Source: Girardia tigrina
Taxonomy: Eukaryota
Assembly: GCA_001938485.1 (NCBI GenBank)
Contig: MQRK01225273.1
Span: 1 to 62,478, forward strand
Length of the DNA: 62,478 nucleotides
Direction of reading: 5' to 3'
Both the position numbers and the translations under genes were made by a program. Shown here piece by piece: positions 53,601-61,668 of this stretch; position 1 is the stretch's first letter; each line of letters opens with the position of its first letter. The notes beneath the pieces were generated by a model, which ran no database searches, was not told the DNA's origin, and was given only the letters and a program-made list of their open reading frames with translations.

Positions 53601-56600
53601 TGGTGTTCCTAATAATAATAAGAATTATAAATAATTATAATAATTATAATAATTTATAGTAATAATTATAAGAAAATTTCGAAAATCATATTAGTGTTCT
53701 TAATAATAATAATATTCTTAACTTTTATTCTAATTAATTTGTAATAATTATGATAGTATATAAACAGTAACACTGTTAAAAATAAACAAATGAAAATACG
53801 GATTGTCTGTCAATTTGAGCAGGAATAATTTTATCAAATTAATTTCTAATAATCACAATCAAAATTAAATGTCTAGTTTTATTTTAAGTTTGTTTCATGA
53901 ATATTACTTCTGTTAAATTATTTTCGAGGATTTAACATTTCAACTACAAGTCTTGTCTGGATAATGCATTTCCTAATATCAATTGACACTTCATTCCACA
54001 ATAACGTCTCTTTAAGTCAATCCGGTCTCATTGAGTCCATTTCATTGATGGATTCAAGAGTTCACTCAATTGTGTCTTTGCTCTTTTCACCTACATTTAT
54101 GATGTTTTATAACAATATATTTATTATTTAGAACTTTCACCAGAAAAAAAACAAATAAACGCCATTTAAAAATATATTTTAGGATAATATATTTCGACGG
54201 TTTAACCGTCATCATCAGATCACTGATTATGTTCTTTTTTATTGCTTTTATATAAGAAAATGNNNNNNNNNNNNNNNNNNNNNNNNNNNNNNNNNNNNNN
54301 NNNNNNNNNNNNNNNNNNNNNNNNNNNNNNNNNNNNNNNNNNNNNNNNNNNNNNNNNNNNNNNNNNNNNNNNNNNNNNNNNNNNNNNNNNNNNNNNNNNN
54401 NNNNNNNNNNNNNNNNNNNNNNNNNNNNNNNNNNNNNNNNNNNNNNNNNNNNNNNNNNNNNNNNNNNNNNNNNNNNNNNNNNNNNNNNNNNNNNNNNNNN
54501 NNNNNNNNNNNNNNNNNNNNNNNNNNNNNNNNNNNNNNNNNNNNNNNNNNNNNNNNNNNNNNNNNNNNNNNNNNNNNNNNNNNNNNNNNNNNNNNNNNNN
54601 NNNNNNNNNNNNNNNNNNNNNNNNNNNNNNNNNNNNNNNNNNNNNNNNNNNNNNNNNNNNNNNNNNNNNNNNNNNNNNNNNNNNNNNNNNNNNNNNNNNN
54701 NNNNNNNNNNNNAATCTGGACAATTCTGATTTAGATGAAGTTGCTTTTCGAAAACTCTTAACATTTGCTACTTCAAATGTCCATTTTCTATTTAATGGTG
54801 AATGGTACAAACAAATAGATGGGGTTGCAATAGGTTCACCATTGGCTCCGACGTTAGCCTCTATATTTCTCTCTTCCATTGAAGAAAAAATAGAATTGTT
54901 TTTGGGGAAAAAACCACTACTTTATAAGAGATATGTGGATGATATCTTTCTAGTNNNNNNNNNNNNNNNNNNNNNNNNNNNNNNNNNNNNNNNNNNNNNN
55001 NNNNNNNNNNNNNNNNNNNNNNNNNNNNNNNNNNNNNNNNNNNNNNNNNNNNNNNNNNNNCTTGATTTGTTAATTGAAAGAAAAAATGATCATTATGAAA
55101 CTGAAATATTTCGAAAGAAAACCGATACTGGTTTGTACACCTCCATAAACAGTTTTTGTGAGTTTAAATATAAAAGGAATATGATTAAAGATTTGTTATA
55201 CCGCTCTTGGTCTCTTTCTTCCACGTTTTCAAAATCTATTAAAAGTATTGATATATTGAGCAAGTTATTGAATAATAACGGTTACTTTAAGTCCATCATA
55301 GACAGACTCACTCGTGAGACTGTAGATAAAATAATCGAAAAAGAAAAAATCAAAAATAAAAAAATTAATAGTTTAAACATTGAAAACTGCTTTACACCCG
55401 GGTATACTCTATGCTTACCTTACTCCGAGGGTTTTAAACACCTCAAGAATTCGATCTTGAAATCAACAAATAACATTTTAAATTTAAAAATTATTTCTCA
55501 ATCATTTAAAGTTGAGAATATGTTTTGCAATTGTGTTCTTGTCCTTTAGGATTGTGTTCGGACATTGTTTATCAATACACATGTAATGGGTGCAATGCCA
55601 CATACATCGGAGAGACTGCCCGTCATCTCTGCAAACGAGTCCAAGAACACAGTCAAAAAGGGGGAAAGAGTAATATTGCTGAGCATAAAAAAAATGTAAA
55701 TGTAATATGAGCATAAATGATTTTAAGATTTTGTGCAAGCATTTTAAAAATTATTGGGAGAGAGTGTCATGTGAAGCATTGTTGATAAGATCATGTGATC
55801 CTAAAATCAATGTTCAAACAGCACTCTCAATTTCGATTAGACTTACGTAAGTGATTGCATAATCATTCATTTTCTTATATAAGAGCAATAAAAAAGAACA
55901 TAATCAGTGATCTGATGATGACGGTTAAACCGTCGAAATATATTATCCTAAAATATATTTTTAAATGGCGTTTATTTGTTTTTAATAAAAAATTGCCATC
56001 TTTTTTCACCAGAAAGTATTTTGAAATCTTTTTCAATATAGAACAATTATCATAATAATTGTTCCATTTATACCATAATAAATCCATTGTATATTATCTC
56101 CCTTTACTTAAGACGTTACAGTTGGTTATTAGATTTGGTAAAAATATTTTTTTAGGTAACGTCTAGGAGTCCAAGACTAGAACTAAATATACATTTATTT
56201 TTACATACTAATGCATCATAATTTATTATTACAGCTGATTGTTATTATCTTAAGTTCTTCGTCTATAAATATATACATAAATAGATATATACATGTATAT
56301 GAACGTGATAATACTCACCTCATTAATGTTTTAAGAGATGTCAGAATCGATTCCATATAAATAAATGTCAGTTTACAGTTTACTAACTTGCTAATATTCG
56401 ATTAAATAGTTTAATCCAAAATTTTAAGATAGCAAAAGATAAAATAACCTTTTAGAAAGAAAAAAAGTCCTAAGTATATTTCAGTCCACACACACACAAA
56501 CAAAAGTAACTCATTTCGTAATTGTTAGTTTAATTGTTGGGGGCACACTACAGGCTGTTGTGACAGTTAACCACCCCGTCTTATTTTAATGTCACTCGTC

Positions 56601-58546
56601 AGACCAAATTATTTCATTAACGAAATTGTTATTTTCCTGAAAGGCCTGAATTATCTTTAGCAAAATCAAGCCCCTCTAACTAGGTCATCTTCAGTCAACT
56701 TATGTAATAATCATGAGCAATACAAATGAAGATCAAGCTCCTTTATATGTAGTGCAACGACCACCTGCTGATATCTAATTCAATTGATCCATGCTTTGCA
56801 GATGAAGAACAATGCAAAGATCTTGAACAATGTCTTTAGCAGCATCTGTTGTCCCTGATATCTTTCTACCAGACCAATGCAAATCACAGACGGAACAGTG
56901 TCTTTCCATTTAGTGAATAATTTGTTAATTTTTGTGATGTCAGGTCCCGGGTTACCCAATGTTTTAATACATAATATATGTATAGAGATGTGGTAAATTA
57001 ATCTGCACCTTTGTGATATCATCCAAATATGCTGTGTTGTTGAATATCGATTTTATTTACATAAAATCTAAATTGAAAGAAAATGACGAATATCATAAAT
57101 GTTGGTACATACGCTTTTAAAAGAATTTTATTGGCCAACCAATAAACAATCAGCTCATATTTATATTACTCTATTACTTATGTCTACTCCTGTATTAACA
57201 ATATTTAACAATTACGAATACTCTAACTTAAGTTATAAAGTAATCAAAATGAAACGAATATTATTTGGTTCTAAGGGAAAGGGTTGGTTTAAAAAGTAAT
57301 ATTTAATCCCTGATTGATTTTTACTTTTATTCACATGAAAAATACACAAATCGTTTTCTAAAAGTCACGGTAACAAAAATCTTTCTCAATGAAAAGTCAG
57401 AACTTGTAAGTAACCTTGTTAGTTGTTTTTGGAACATCCTCGAAATTATTGTTAAAAGTTACTTTCGACATCCAAATTTTATTATAATACAAAAAAATGA
57501 TTGCCACTAATATTTAAACAAACTTATTATTTTTTTGAGAAACAATTTGTTTTATAAATAGACATACTTATAATATTTGATTTTATTTTAATTTTATAAA
57601 TTTTGTCTTTAATAAATTTTATTAAATTTAAATTACAATAATCATTACGTGAAATTTTATTAATTAAAAAATAAATCTTTTTTATCATTCGCTAATAATT
57701 ATCTATAATCAAATTTTATACTTTTTAATTAAAAGAACATTTACAAATTCATTCATTTGTTCATTCAAAAGTTTCATTTAAGTTTCATTCATTTCAAACA
57801 CACAAATAAATGATTGTTACCAAACTTATAATTGTTCAGAAAAATAAATAATTTTATTCACAAAGATCAAAAAAACACAGTTGAATGATCACGATTAAAA
57901 ATCATTTTGCGATTATCAAGTTAGAACGGAAGAATACTGAAATTTAATGTAATGGGTCAGCTTCTTGACTCTCTGAAGTGACCATTATGAATGGAATATG
58001 TTTTGTCAGAAGATGTATGAAATCAGTTGATCTACGTATTGGAAGGATGTTGGTGTTTTTGATGTGAATCAGGATGACTTCGATGTTAAAAGCTTTTGTT
58101 ACTGACTACTGTCTGAATCTTCTGAATTTGATATGAGAAAGGAATGAATAGGGGATTTATAATTTCTGATAATTGTTTTTAATTTTGCAATATATTATTG
58201 CCAAACGAGTGTTATTAAGAATTTTAATAATAAATTAACATATTATGTTGATCGCATATGATTTCTATAGTATTCTTTATTTCTTCAGCATTTTCTAATT
58301 TATTTACTTGACATTTTAGTCATTTTAATCATAAAAAATTTATTTCAGAGCATCCAAACGAGAGCTTCATCGGCCCAACATGTCCGATCGAATAGCGCTT
58401 CATTTGGCCGAAAACAATTTGATAATGTCAAAAACCAGTCGACCATTTCTGGCTTGCGATCAACATTCGGTAGTTATTCGCAGACGTATGGGACCGTGAG
58501 TCGGTCCCAACTGAATAACATGCAGAATCGTGACTGCGTTAGATAA
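1527..58546 (+). CDS. MAPK15: Mitogen-activated protein kinase 15 (ERK7/ERK8) orthologue, whole spliced gene: join(1527-1592,1640-1738,9518-9638,10806-10936,13131-13464,13519-13576,23291-23428,25637-25742,25887-25964,33110-33203,35150-35213,35653-35791,48320-48508,58349-58546), about 604 aa
   Basis: Exons translate to [58 protein letters not shown]. The C-terminus [16 protein letters not shown] resembles the MAPK15 tail. All introns are GT-AG with compatible phases. Kinase exons are secure; tail exons 10-13 are less so. Confidence 0.93.
1640..1738 (+). CDS. MAPK15: MAPK15 exon 2 ([33 protein letters not shown])
   Basis: TAAG acceptor, donor GTGTCA at 1739; VAxK catalytic lysine. Confidence 0.95.
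1826..2620 (+). mobile_element. 5'-truncated Penelope-like element (GIY-YIG endonuclease end) with inverted partial pseudo-LTR
   Basis: ORF segment [42 protein letters not shown]; 1826-1889 is an inverted copy of 2532-2594; flanked by (TA)n. Confidence 0.88.
2515..2549 (+). ncRNA. Degenerate minimal type I hammerhead ribozyme of the PLE
   Basis: caa TTGAAGA T GCC aatat GGC GAA CTAG TA tag; the inverted copy at 1872-1889 keeps GCGAAACTAGTATTG, giving consensus CTGAAGA..GAAA CTAG TA. Confidence 0.6.
4017..5400 (-). mobile_element. Short non-autonomous Gypsy-type LTR element (gag plus integrase tail only)
   Basis: Two about 215-bp TG..CA LTRs (4017-4234, 5187-5400), primer-binding site (PBS) TGGCTTACC, polypurine tract (PPT) GAGGGGGA, TSD AGCTA/GGCTA, gag ORF followed by a frameshifted [14 protein letters not shown] knuckle. 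Confidence 0.92.
5704..5807. repeat. 39-bp tandem repeat, about 2.7 copies
   Basis: Repeated TATTATCACA.ATTCGG..CGAAATTTACTACAA.AAA. Confidence 0.8.
9518..9638 (+). CDS. MAPK15: MAPK15 exon 3 ([21 protein letters not shown])
   Basis: TTTTAAG acceptor, phase-1 donor GTCTGA; alphaC and hinge region. Confidence 0.95.
10806..10936 (+). CDS. MAPK15: MAPK15 exon 4 ([22 protein letters not shown])
   Basis: CACAG acceptor, GTAATT donor; HRDLK catalytic loop; missed by the ORF track. Confidence 0.95.
10940..11125. repeat. Degenerate (ATT)n low-complexity tract
   Basis: Runs of ATT/ATG/ACT triplets directly after exon 4. Confidence 0.8.
11130..11731 (-). mobile_element. Probable hAT element 5' fragment
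   Basis: Minus-strand end CAGGCCTGTAACGTCGGCAGGCCCGGCCCC and an N-terminal [11 protein letters not shown].. segment reminiscent of hAT transposase starts. Confidence 0.45.
12130..12650 (+). mobile_element. Degenerate mariner fragment
   Basis: Frameshifted remnants [49 protein letters not shown]; TIR-like TTCCGAACAACGTAATA. Confidence 0.75.
13131..13464 (+). CDS. MAPK15: MAPK15 exon 5 ([30 protein letters not shown])
   Basis: TTGTCAG acceptor, GTGAAA donor; DFG, TEY activation motif and APE. Confidence 0.96.
13519..13576 (+). CDS. MAPK15: MAPK15 exon 6 ([20 protein letters not shown])
   Basis: TTTTAG acceptor after a 54-nt intron, GTAAAT donor; phases 1 and 2 fit the neighbouring exons. Confidence 0.9.
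13937..15210 (-). mobile_element. Full-length (1274 bp) mariner, Mos1/mauritiana-like transposase with a C-terminal frameshift
   Basis: TIR TTAGGTGTATAACTTAGTTTTTT at both ends, TA TSD; WIPHEL, TGDEKW and [10 protein letters not shown] motifs. Confidence 0.95.
16298..19145 (+). pseudogene. Bel/Pao LTR retrotransposon gag-pol remnant (gag, RT, RNase H, start of integrase)
   Basis: [63 protein letters not shown] and DFAGP motifs; many stops and frameshifts. Confidence 0.92.
19150..19470. repeat. 40-bp tandem repeat, about 8 copies, subterminal to the Mutator TIR
   Basis: ATTATTTCATTTTATTCCTAAAATTCCTAATTAATAACAA recurring at 40-bp spacing. Confidence 0.92.
19682..21376 (-). mobile_element. pogo/Tigger-like DNA transposon with disrupted transposase
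   Basis: TIRs CCCTGTTTTATGGTTATA / TATAACCATAAAACAAGG with TA TSD; CENP-B-type HTH, GNMDEVP and [21 protein letters not shown] motifs; one stop and one frameshift. Confidence 0.92.
21540..22330 (+). mobile_element. Old internally deleted mariner
   Basis: Inverted ends CTCTAAGACTCGGTATAA / TCATACCGAGTCTTGGAG; faint N- and C-terminal transposase remnants. Confidence 0.55.
23291..23428 (+). CDS. MAPK15: MAPK15 exon 7 ([32 protein letters not shown])
   Basis: AACAG acceptor, GTACGT donor; kinase subdomain XI. Confidence 0.95.
25637..25742 (+). CDS. MAPK15: MAPK15 exon 8 ([20 protein letters not shown])
   Basis: TTCCAG acceptor, GTTAGT donor; matches the FH.P.E...QLS..EYR..LY segment of MAPK15. 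Confidence 0.93.
25887..25964 (+). CDS. MAPK15: MAPK15 exon 9 ([26 protein letters not shown])
   Basis: TTTAAG acceptor, GTTAGT donor; completes YDMI (human YQMI). Confidence 0.85.
26396..27780 (-). mobile_element. Degenerate mariner interrupted by a Mutator MITE
   Basis: TIR TA-TTAGGTCG; [13 protein letters not shown] and [14 protein letters not shown] motifs. Confidence 0.85.
26804..27248. mobile_element. Mutator-type MITE (445 bp)
   Basis: Perfect 9-bp TSD GTTTTTCTT (26795-26803, 27249-27257), GG..CC ends, long inverted arms CCGACAAATGCG.TAAAAG.GGATT.CA.AAATGTTTTTGA. Confidence 0.9.
28933..29200 (+). mobile_element. Gypsy LTR fragment (solo-LTR family TGTGAGGAATAT..TCTCCCACCCAGATGGA)
   Basis: Starts TGCGAGGAATATTTTGAA and shares the TCTCCCACCCAG.TGGA motif with the LTR beside the PPT at 39397; right end approximate. 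Confidence 0.6.
31165..31540 (-). mobile_element. Gypsy LTR fragment of the same family
   Basis: Co-linear with 39045-39385 over more than 300 bp. Confidence 0.7.
32259..32407. repeat. Small foldback / MITE-like inverted repeat
   Basis: 37-bp arms ATGTGCGAAATTTTATAC.TAACCAAAAAC.TGGGGC with 2 mismatches; next to an N run. Confidence 0.75.
33110..33203 (+). CDS. MAPK15: MAPK15 tail exon 10 ([31 protein letters not shown])
   Basis: ATTAG acceptor after a T-rich tract, GTAAAT donor, open frame with phases 0 and 1. Confidence 0.7.
33461..35105 (-). mobile_element. hAT (Charlie/SPIN-like) deletion derivative
   Basis: TIR CAGGGGTGGGCAAACT / AGTTTGCCTATCCCTG, 8-bp TSD GTCTAAGG/GTCTATGG; transposase C-terminus [23 protein letters not shown]. 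Confidence 0.88.
33703..35014 (-). mobile_element. Tc1/mariner DD41D (rosa-type) element nested in the hAT element
   Basis: [11 protein letters not shown]; 41 residues counted between D(GAS) and the last D of SPDLAPLD; TIR CAGGGTGATCATAAAATAACTACCGG (left copy decayed). Confidence 0.85.
35150..35213 (+). CDS. MAPK15: MAPK15 tail exon 11 ([21 protein letters not shown])
   Basis: TAG acceptor, AG|GTAACT donor; bridges phase 1 to phase 2 between exons 10 and 12. Confidence 0.6.
35653..35791 (+). CDS. MAPK15: MAPK15 tail exon 12 ([26 protein letters not shown])
   Basis: TATAG acceptor, GTGAGA donor, GC-richer open frame. Confidence 0.75.
35886..36653. mobile_element. Tc1/pogo-type MITE
   Basis: TA-CAGTGAGGTTCATT ... 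AATGGACCTCATTG-TA inverted ends. Confidence 0.7.
38010..38290 (+). mobile_element. Highly degenerate mariner 3' fragment
   Basis: [23 protein letters not shown] remnants. Confidence 0.55.
39045..43130 (-). mobile_element. Gypsy LTR retrotransposon pseudogene (gag knuckle, protease, RT, RNase H, integrase, 3' LTR)
   Basis: CWACHEEGH knuckle, [45 protein letters not shown] and NGIVER motifs; PPT GAGGGGGA abutting the LTR edge at 39397. Confidence 0.95.
44751..48108 (+). mobile_element. hAT (Tip100/ZMYM-like) transposase pseudogene interrupted by a mariner
   Basis: [38 protein letters not shown] and [10 protein letters not shown]|[18 protein letters not shown] (dimerisation domain). Confidence 0.88.
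46668..47684. mobile_element. Recent mariner-type insertion (interior N-masked)
   Basis: Perfect 29-bp TIR TTAGGTTGTTCGATATGAAACGGGTCAAA, TA TSD; splits the hAT reading frame. Confidence 0.92.
48320..48508 (+). CDS. MAPK15: MAPK15 tail exon 13 ([20 protein letters not shown]); donor could be at 48506 or 48509
   Basis: TTCAG acceptor in phase 0; tandem donors GTAGTT and GTTAGT are both phase 0; open frame with no TE similarity. Confidence 0.65.
49148..49381. repeat. Tandem array of about 75-bp GC-rich hairpin units (2 visible, 1 inferred under the N run)
   Basis: TCC.CTTTCGATCATTCCTGGGAATGAG at 49156 and 49307 (151 bp apart, two periods); each unit is self-complementary. Confidence 0.85.
49570..49695. 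repeat. About 25-bp tandem CGGCCTAATGGCCT repeats, likely DNA-transposon subterminal sequence
   Basis: About 5 degenerate copies of CGGCCTAATGGC. Confidence 0.65.
50397..50580 (+). mobile_element. hAT-like MITE end with GAGTC repeats
   Basis: CAGTGTTGTCGTCGAGTC start followed by many CGAGT/ACTCG pentamers. Confidence 0.55.
50613..50675. repeat. (TA)n microsatellite at the 3' end of a PLE
   Basis: Seen directly. Confidence 0.9.
50676..51157 (-). mobile_element. Penelope-like 3' fragment (GIY-YIG end plus pseudo-LTR)
   Basis: [32 protein letters not shown]; hammerhead-like motif downstream. Confidence 0.85.
50745..50783 (-). ncRNA. Hammerhead ribozyme motif, probably with a short core/stem II deletion
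   Basis: Minus strand ATTG CTGATGA TGTATATAAACATC GAAA TATG TC CAAT; stem I ATTG/CAAT; the GATGT/ACATC stem overlaps the core. Confidence 0.65.
51158..53177 (-). mobile_element. 5'-truncated RTE-like non-LTR retrotransposon (RT plus C-terminal C2H2 finger), frameshifted
   Basis: [46 protein letters not shown] and CPFRGC..H...IH motifs. Confidence 0.9.
53180..53615 (+). mobile_element. LTR fragment homologous to 58890-59270
   Basis: Shared AATTGATATTTT.GATGTTCACGATAAATAATTATTCGAG and GCTGAGAGTTGTCCAAA..CGAAAACCCATG. Confidence 0.75.
54181..54224 (-). ncRNA. Identical hammerhead copy in the inverted pseudo-LTR
   Basis: Exact reverse complement of 55906-55949. Confidence 0.85.
55906..55949 (+). 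ncRNA. Minimal type I hammerhead ribozyme (PLE-associated)
   Basis: AGTGAT CTGATGA T GACGG ttaaa CCGTC GAAA TATA TT ATCCT: intact core, 5-bp stem II, palindromic TATA stem III, GAT/ATC stem I. Confidence 0.85.
58349..58546 (+). CDS. MAPK15: MAPK15 terminal exon ([40 protein letters not shown])
   Basis: TTTCAG acceptor; the YSQxYGTV motif is typical of the MAPK15 C-terminus; TAA at 58544-58546. Confidence 0.88.
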   Translation, partial: SIQTRASSAQHVRSNSASFGRKQFDNVKNQSTISGLRSTFGSYSQTYGTVSRSQLNNMQNRDCVR

Positions 58547-58822
58547 CGATGATCCCTGTTGATTTCTGTTGTCTAAATAACTAATGAATGCTTTTACGAT
58601 TTCTTATCATATTTCATTAAATTTATTAAAAATTAAATAAAAATTTATTATCCATGTGATTTCTTCTTTTGTAAATTTTGCTGAGATTTCATATTTCATA
58701 AAATGTAAATATATTGTGAAATATCAGATTTATTCCTTTTTTGAGACAAATCTGTTATTTTAACTACTATAAGGAATGAAATTAAGCTAACCAAAAATAT
58801 TTTATTTAGTGAACTTAGTTAT

Positions 58823-59270
58823 TGTGAGGAATATTTTAAATTTTGTATGTTGAGTTTAGTATTTGGAAATGTTTCTCCCACCCAAATGGAAAATTGATAT
58901 TTTAGATGTTCACGATAAATAATTATTCGAGTATAATTTATATTTTAAAGTACAGCATAAGACATTTAAAAAACTTTAAAAATATTAAATCGATTCAAAT
59001 TTTAATATTTAACTTTTAACTAATTTTCAAATTGATTAATGAAATGTTTTTTCTTTAAATAAAATCATTTTTAAAATAAAATTAATATGTAGATAAAATT
59101 ATTACTAAAATTTTAAAATTAAAATAAAATATGAAAATAATTAAAAAACATAAACAGAAATTTGTCAATCTAGTACGATGTCAAATTCTGAAAGCTTGGC
59201 TGAGAGTTGTCCAAAGGACAATGCAAATTGTATTGAAAATAAATTTTCGAAAACCCATGTTAGTGTTCTT
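58823..59270 (+). mobile_element. Gypsy solo LTR or LTR fragment just downstream of the MAPK15 stop
   Basis: Starts TGTGAGGAATATTTT and carries TCTCCCACCCAAATGGA like the other copies. Confidence 0.7.
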
Positions 59271-60409
59271 AGTAGATATAATGAATAGTTAAATGTAATA
59301 TGAATTGTATTTAATGCAAACACAACCATGGTTACTAATCAAATTACAAAAAATAAAATGATTATTCAAAAACGTTACTTCTTGGCAAAGCTCACGTAAT
59401 TTGAATGATTCTTCTAGTTATTTTTATTAATTATCAATGGCACTTCAGTAGTACAGATCAGTACGATAATTCGAATTTGATTTAGTCACAGATTAGCTTT
59501 AGAACATAGTTAGTTCAGCCAAATAAATCGTAATTCACAAAACAGGAATTGAATATCGTCAATAGTACAATGTAGGAATGAAACAATATTTATATTAGCT
59601 ATCGTAAAATAAGTGATAATAATTTGTCATTGTTGATAAAATAAATTTGTGTTGTAAATTATTTGGTTGAGTCCCGATATAACCGTAAATATCTTCGAGT
59701 TATAAGAGAAAATATGAACTACAAACCAGGTGAGTTATTAACGTAGTAAATTGTAATTTTTAAAATCGATAAATAATGATTTTTAGAATTAAATTAAATC
59801 GTCATTGACGATTTAATAAAAATAAATGGGAAGGTTGGTAAAAATATAACCCACATCTTTTCTTTTCTTTTCTTTCTTCTTTCTCTCATCTTCTTCTTGA
59901 CAATAAAAATATAAATAAATCGTCTGTAATAAGTATTAGAAACCAAAATTTAGTTTTAAAATAAATTTATGAAACAGAAGGGCGTCTGCTAGCAAACTAC
60001 TTCGGGTATTTATACCCGATTGGATAATTGGAAACATCCAAAAACCCAATTATGATTGCTTCCTCAAACCAAGAATTAAAACCCATTACAAAAAAACCAA
60101 TTACTGCGACACAGGAAGAAGCGGGGGGGGATAAAGTGATTTAGTTATTGCAATGTTAATTGCAAATCCCGATTTTAATTATTTTAATTTTTTTTGGTTT
60201 AATTATTTTAGGTTATCGGGAAATATGTTGCTGCTCTGCCGAATGCTATTCTTCGACAAGGCGCCTTCATTTGTCCGGCCTGCTGATCGCAATCAGCAGA
60301 TGTAAAATCTTTTAATTAATTAATTAAAACTTATTAATTTTTTCTGTTTTTTTAGAAGCTTTCAAAGGCTTTTCCACTGACTGAGAAAAAGATGGATCGA
60401 AGCCCAGGG

Positions 60410-61100
60410 AGCCCTCCTCGCGTCCGTCGTTCGGTGTGCTCGAAATCAATTTAAAAGTAACGGGGATAGTCGAGTTAGACTATTCCCACAAATTTCCACT
60501 AACCATTTCATGCGTACTGGGCGTTGGATGAGAAGGCGGGTTTTCTTCGAGGCTAATATTCAAGCTGTGTCATAACAAACTTTTGTGTCTAAATTCCTTG
60601 CATTTTCAGCATGTGTATTTGTTTTCGACTATTGAGGGTCTTCTGAGAATGTCACGTTTTTTGACAGTATCTTTGAATATTTCTCCTTTTCTGATAACAT
60701 CTCTATACGTAGTTTTTACTGCATATAGCGGTTTTTCTGACTTTATCTCTTTTTTTGACATTGCTGTCTCTTGAACTGTCTCGTTTATTTCTGTCTTATC
60801 AATTTAACTATTAATTTCTTGGCCTTAGCAAAGTATTCCTTCACTGGTTCATTGGATCTTTCAAAGTTCAAAGTCTCCTCCGGATATTATTAATAGATCA
60901 TTGAATTTTTCCTATAAAAAGCTTCTTGCAGGCGGGCTTCATACTCCTTTATTTCAACTGATACGCTTTCGTATATTTCATGGGATATATGCAACTTTTA
61001 AGTATCTTGAACAAGTAGGTATAAATTTTTTTTTAAATTTGTGACAAAATAGGTAAACATTAGGAGGGCTGACATCATATCGATGTCGCAAATTGCAACG
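60410..61100 (-). pseudogene. Decayed Gypsy gag related to the 4017-5400 element
   Basis: IYESVSVEIKEYEARLQEAF aligns with [20 protein letters not shown]; purine-rich PPT-like CGAGGAGGGC. Confidence 0.6.
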
Positions 61101-61634
61101 GTCATCTAAACGTTTACTCATCAAACCATAAAGACTCTGGTGCCATCAAACCGGCGGACCGAGTCAGGGATTTTAATTCTGCTCCTAAAGATTGCTGCAG
61201 CAATAAACAGAAAAAAATAAGATTTAATAACCTTTTTTCTAGAATTCAAAAACACTCTCGATATCTTAAGTGTATTAAAACCACTACAATTTATTGTCCT
61301 AAAGACACGAACCCCTTAGCCCTCAAGGAACATAAGCGGAAACTAACTAAACACTGAGATCCATGTTGCCTTCACGTTCTAAAATGCCGGAGAACGCGAA
61401 ATCCTTTAATTGCGACGGTAAACAAATAGTTATGTGGGGCCACATTCTAAATGGCTCTCCGAGCAGTCATCTGGTTTCAATACATCGATTTTAACAAAAG
61501 TAAACGTCCACTGATCGTTTCGATTTGGTTGATTTGCTACTTTCTTGTCCCAGTCAAGCCTGGACTGTTGCTGGGGGCACGAATTGTACATGGCTGATGT
61601 GATACCATTAACATACACTTTATGCGGTGGATGG

Positions 61635-61668
<34 letters not shown>

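Larger units (their letters stand above)
54135..56030 (+). mobile_element. Penelope-like element (RT plus GIY-YIG) with inverted upstream pseudo-LTR
   Basis: [47 protein letters not shown]; about 54147-54262 is an inverted copy of about 55868-55983. Confidence 0.93.

Noticed and set aside
56700-57030. 80-aa minus-strand ORF as a nested gene
   Set aside because: Looks like a decayed transposase fragment; no splice structure or family I can support.
61430-61635. 62-aa minus-strand ORF beside (TA)n
   Set aside because: No recognisable domain or splice sites; probably a retroelement scrap.
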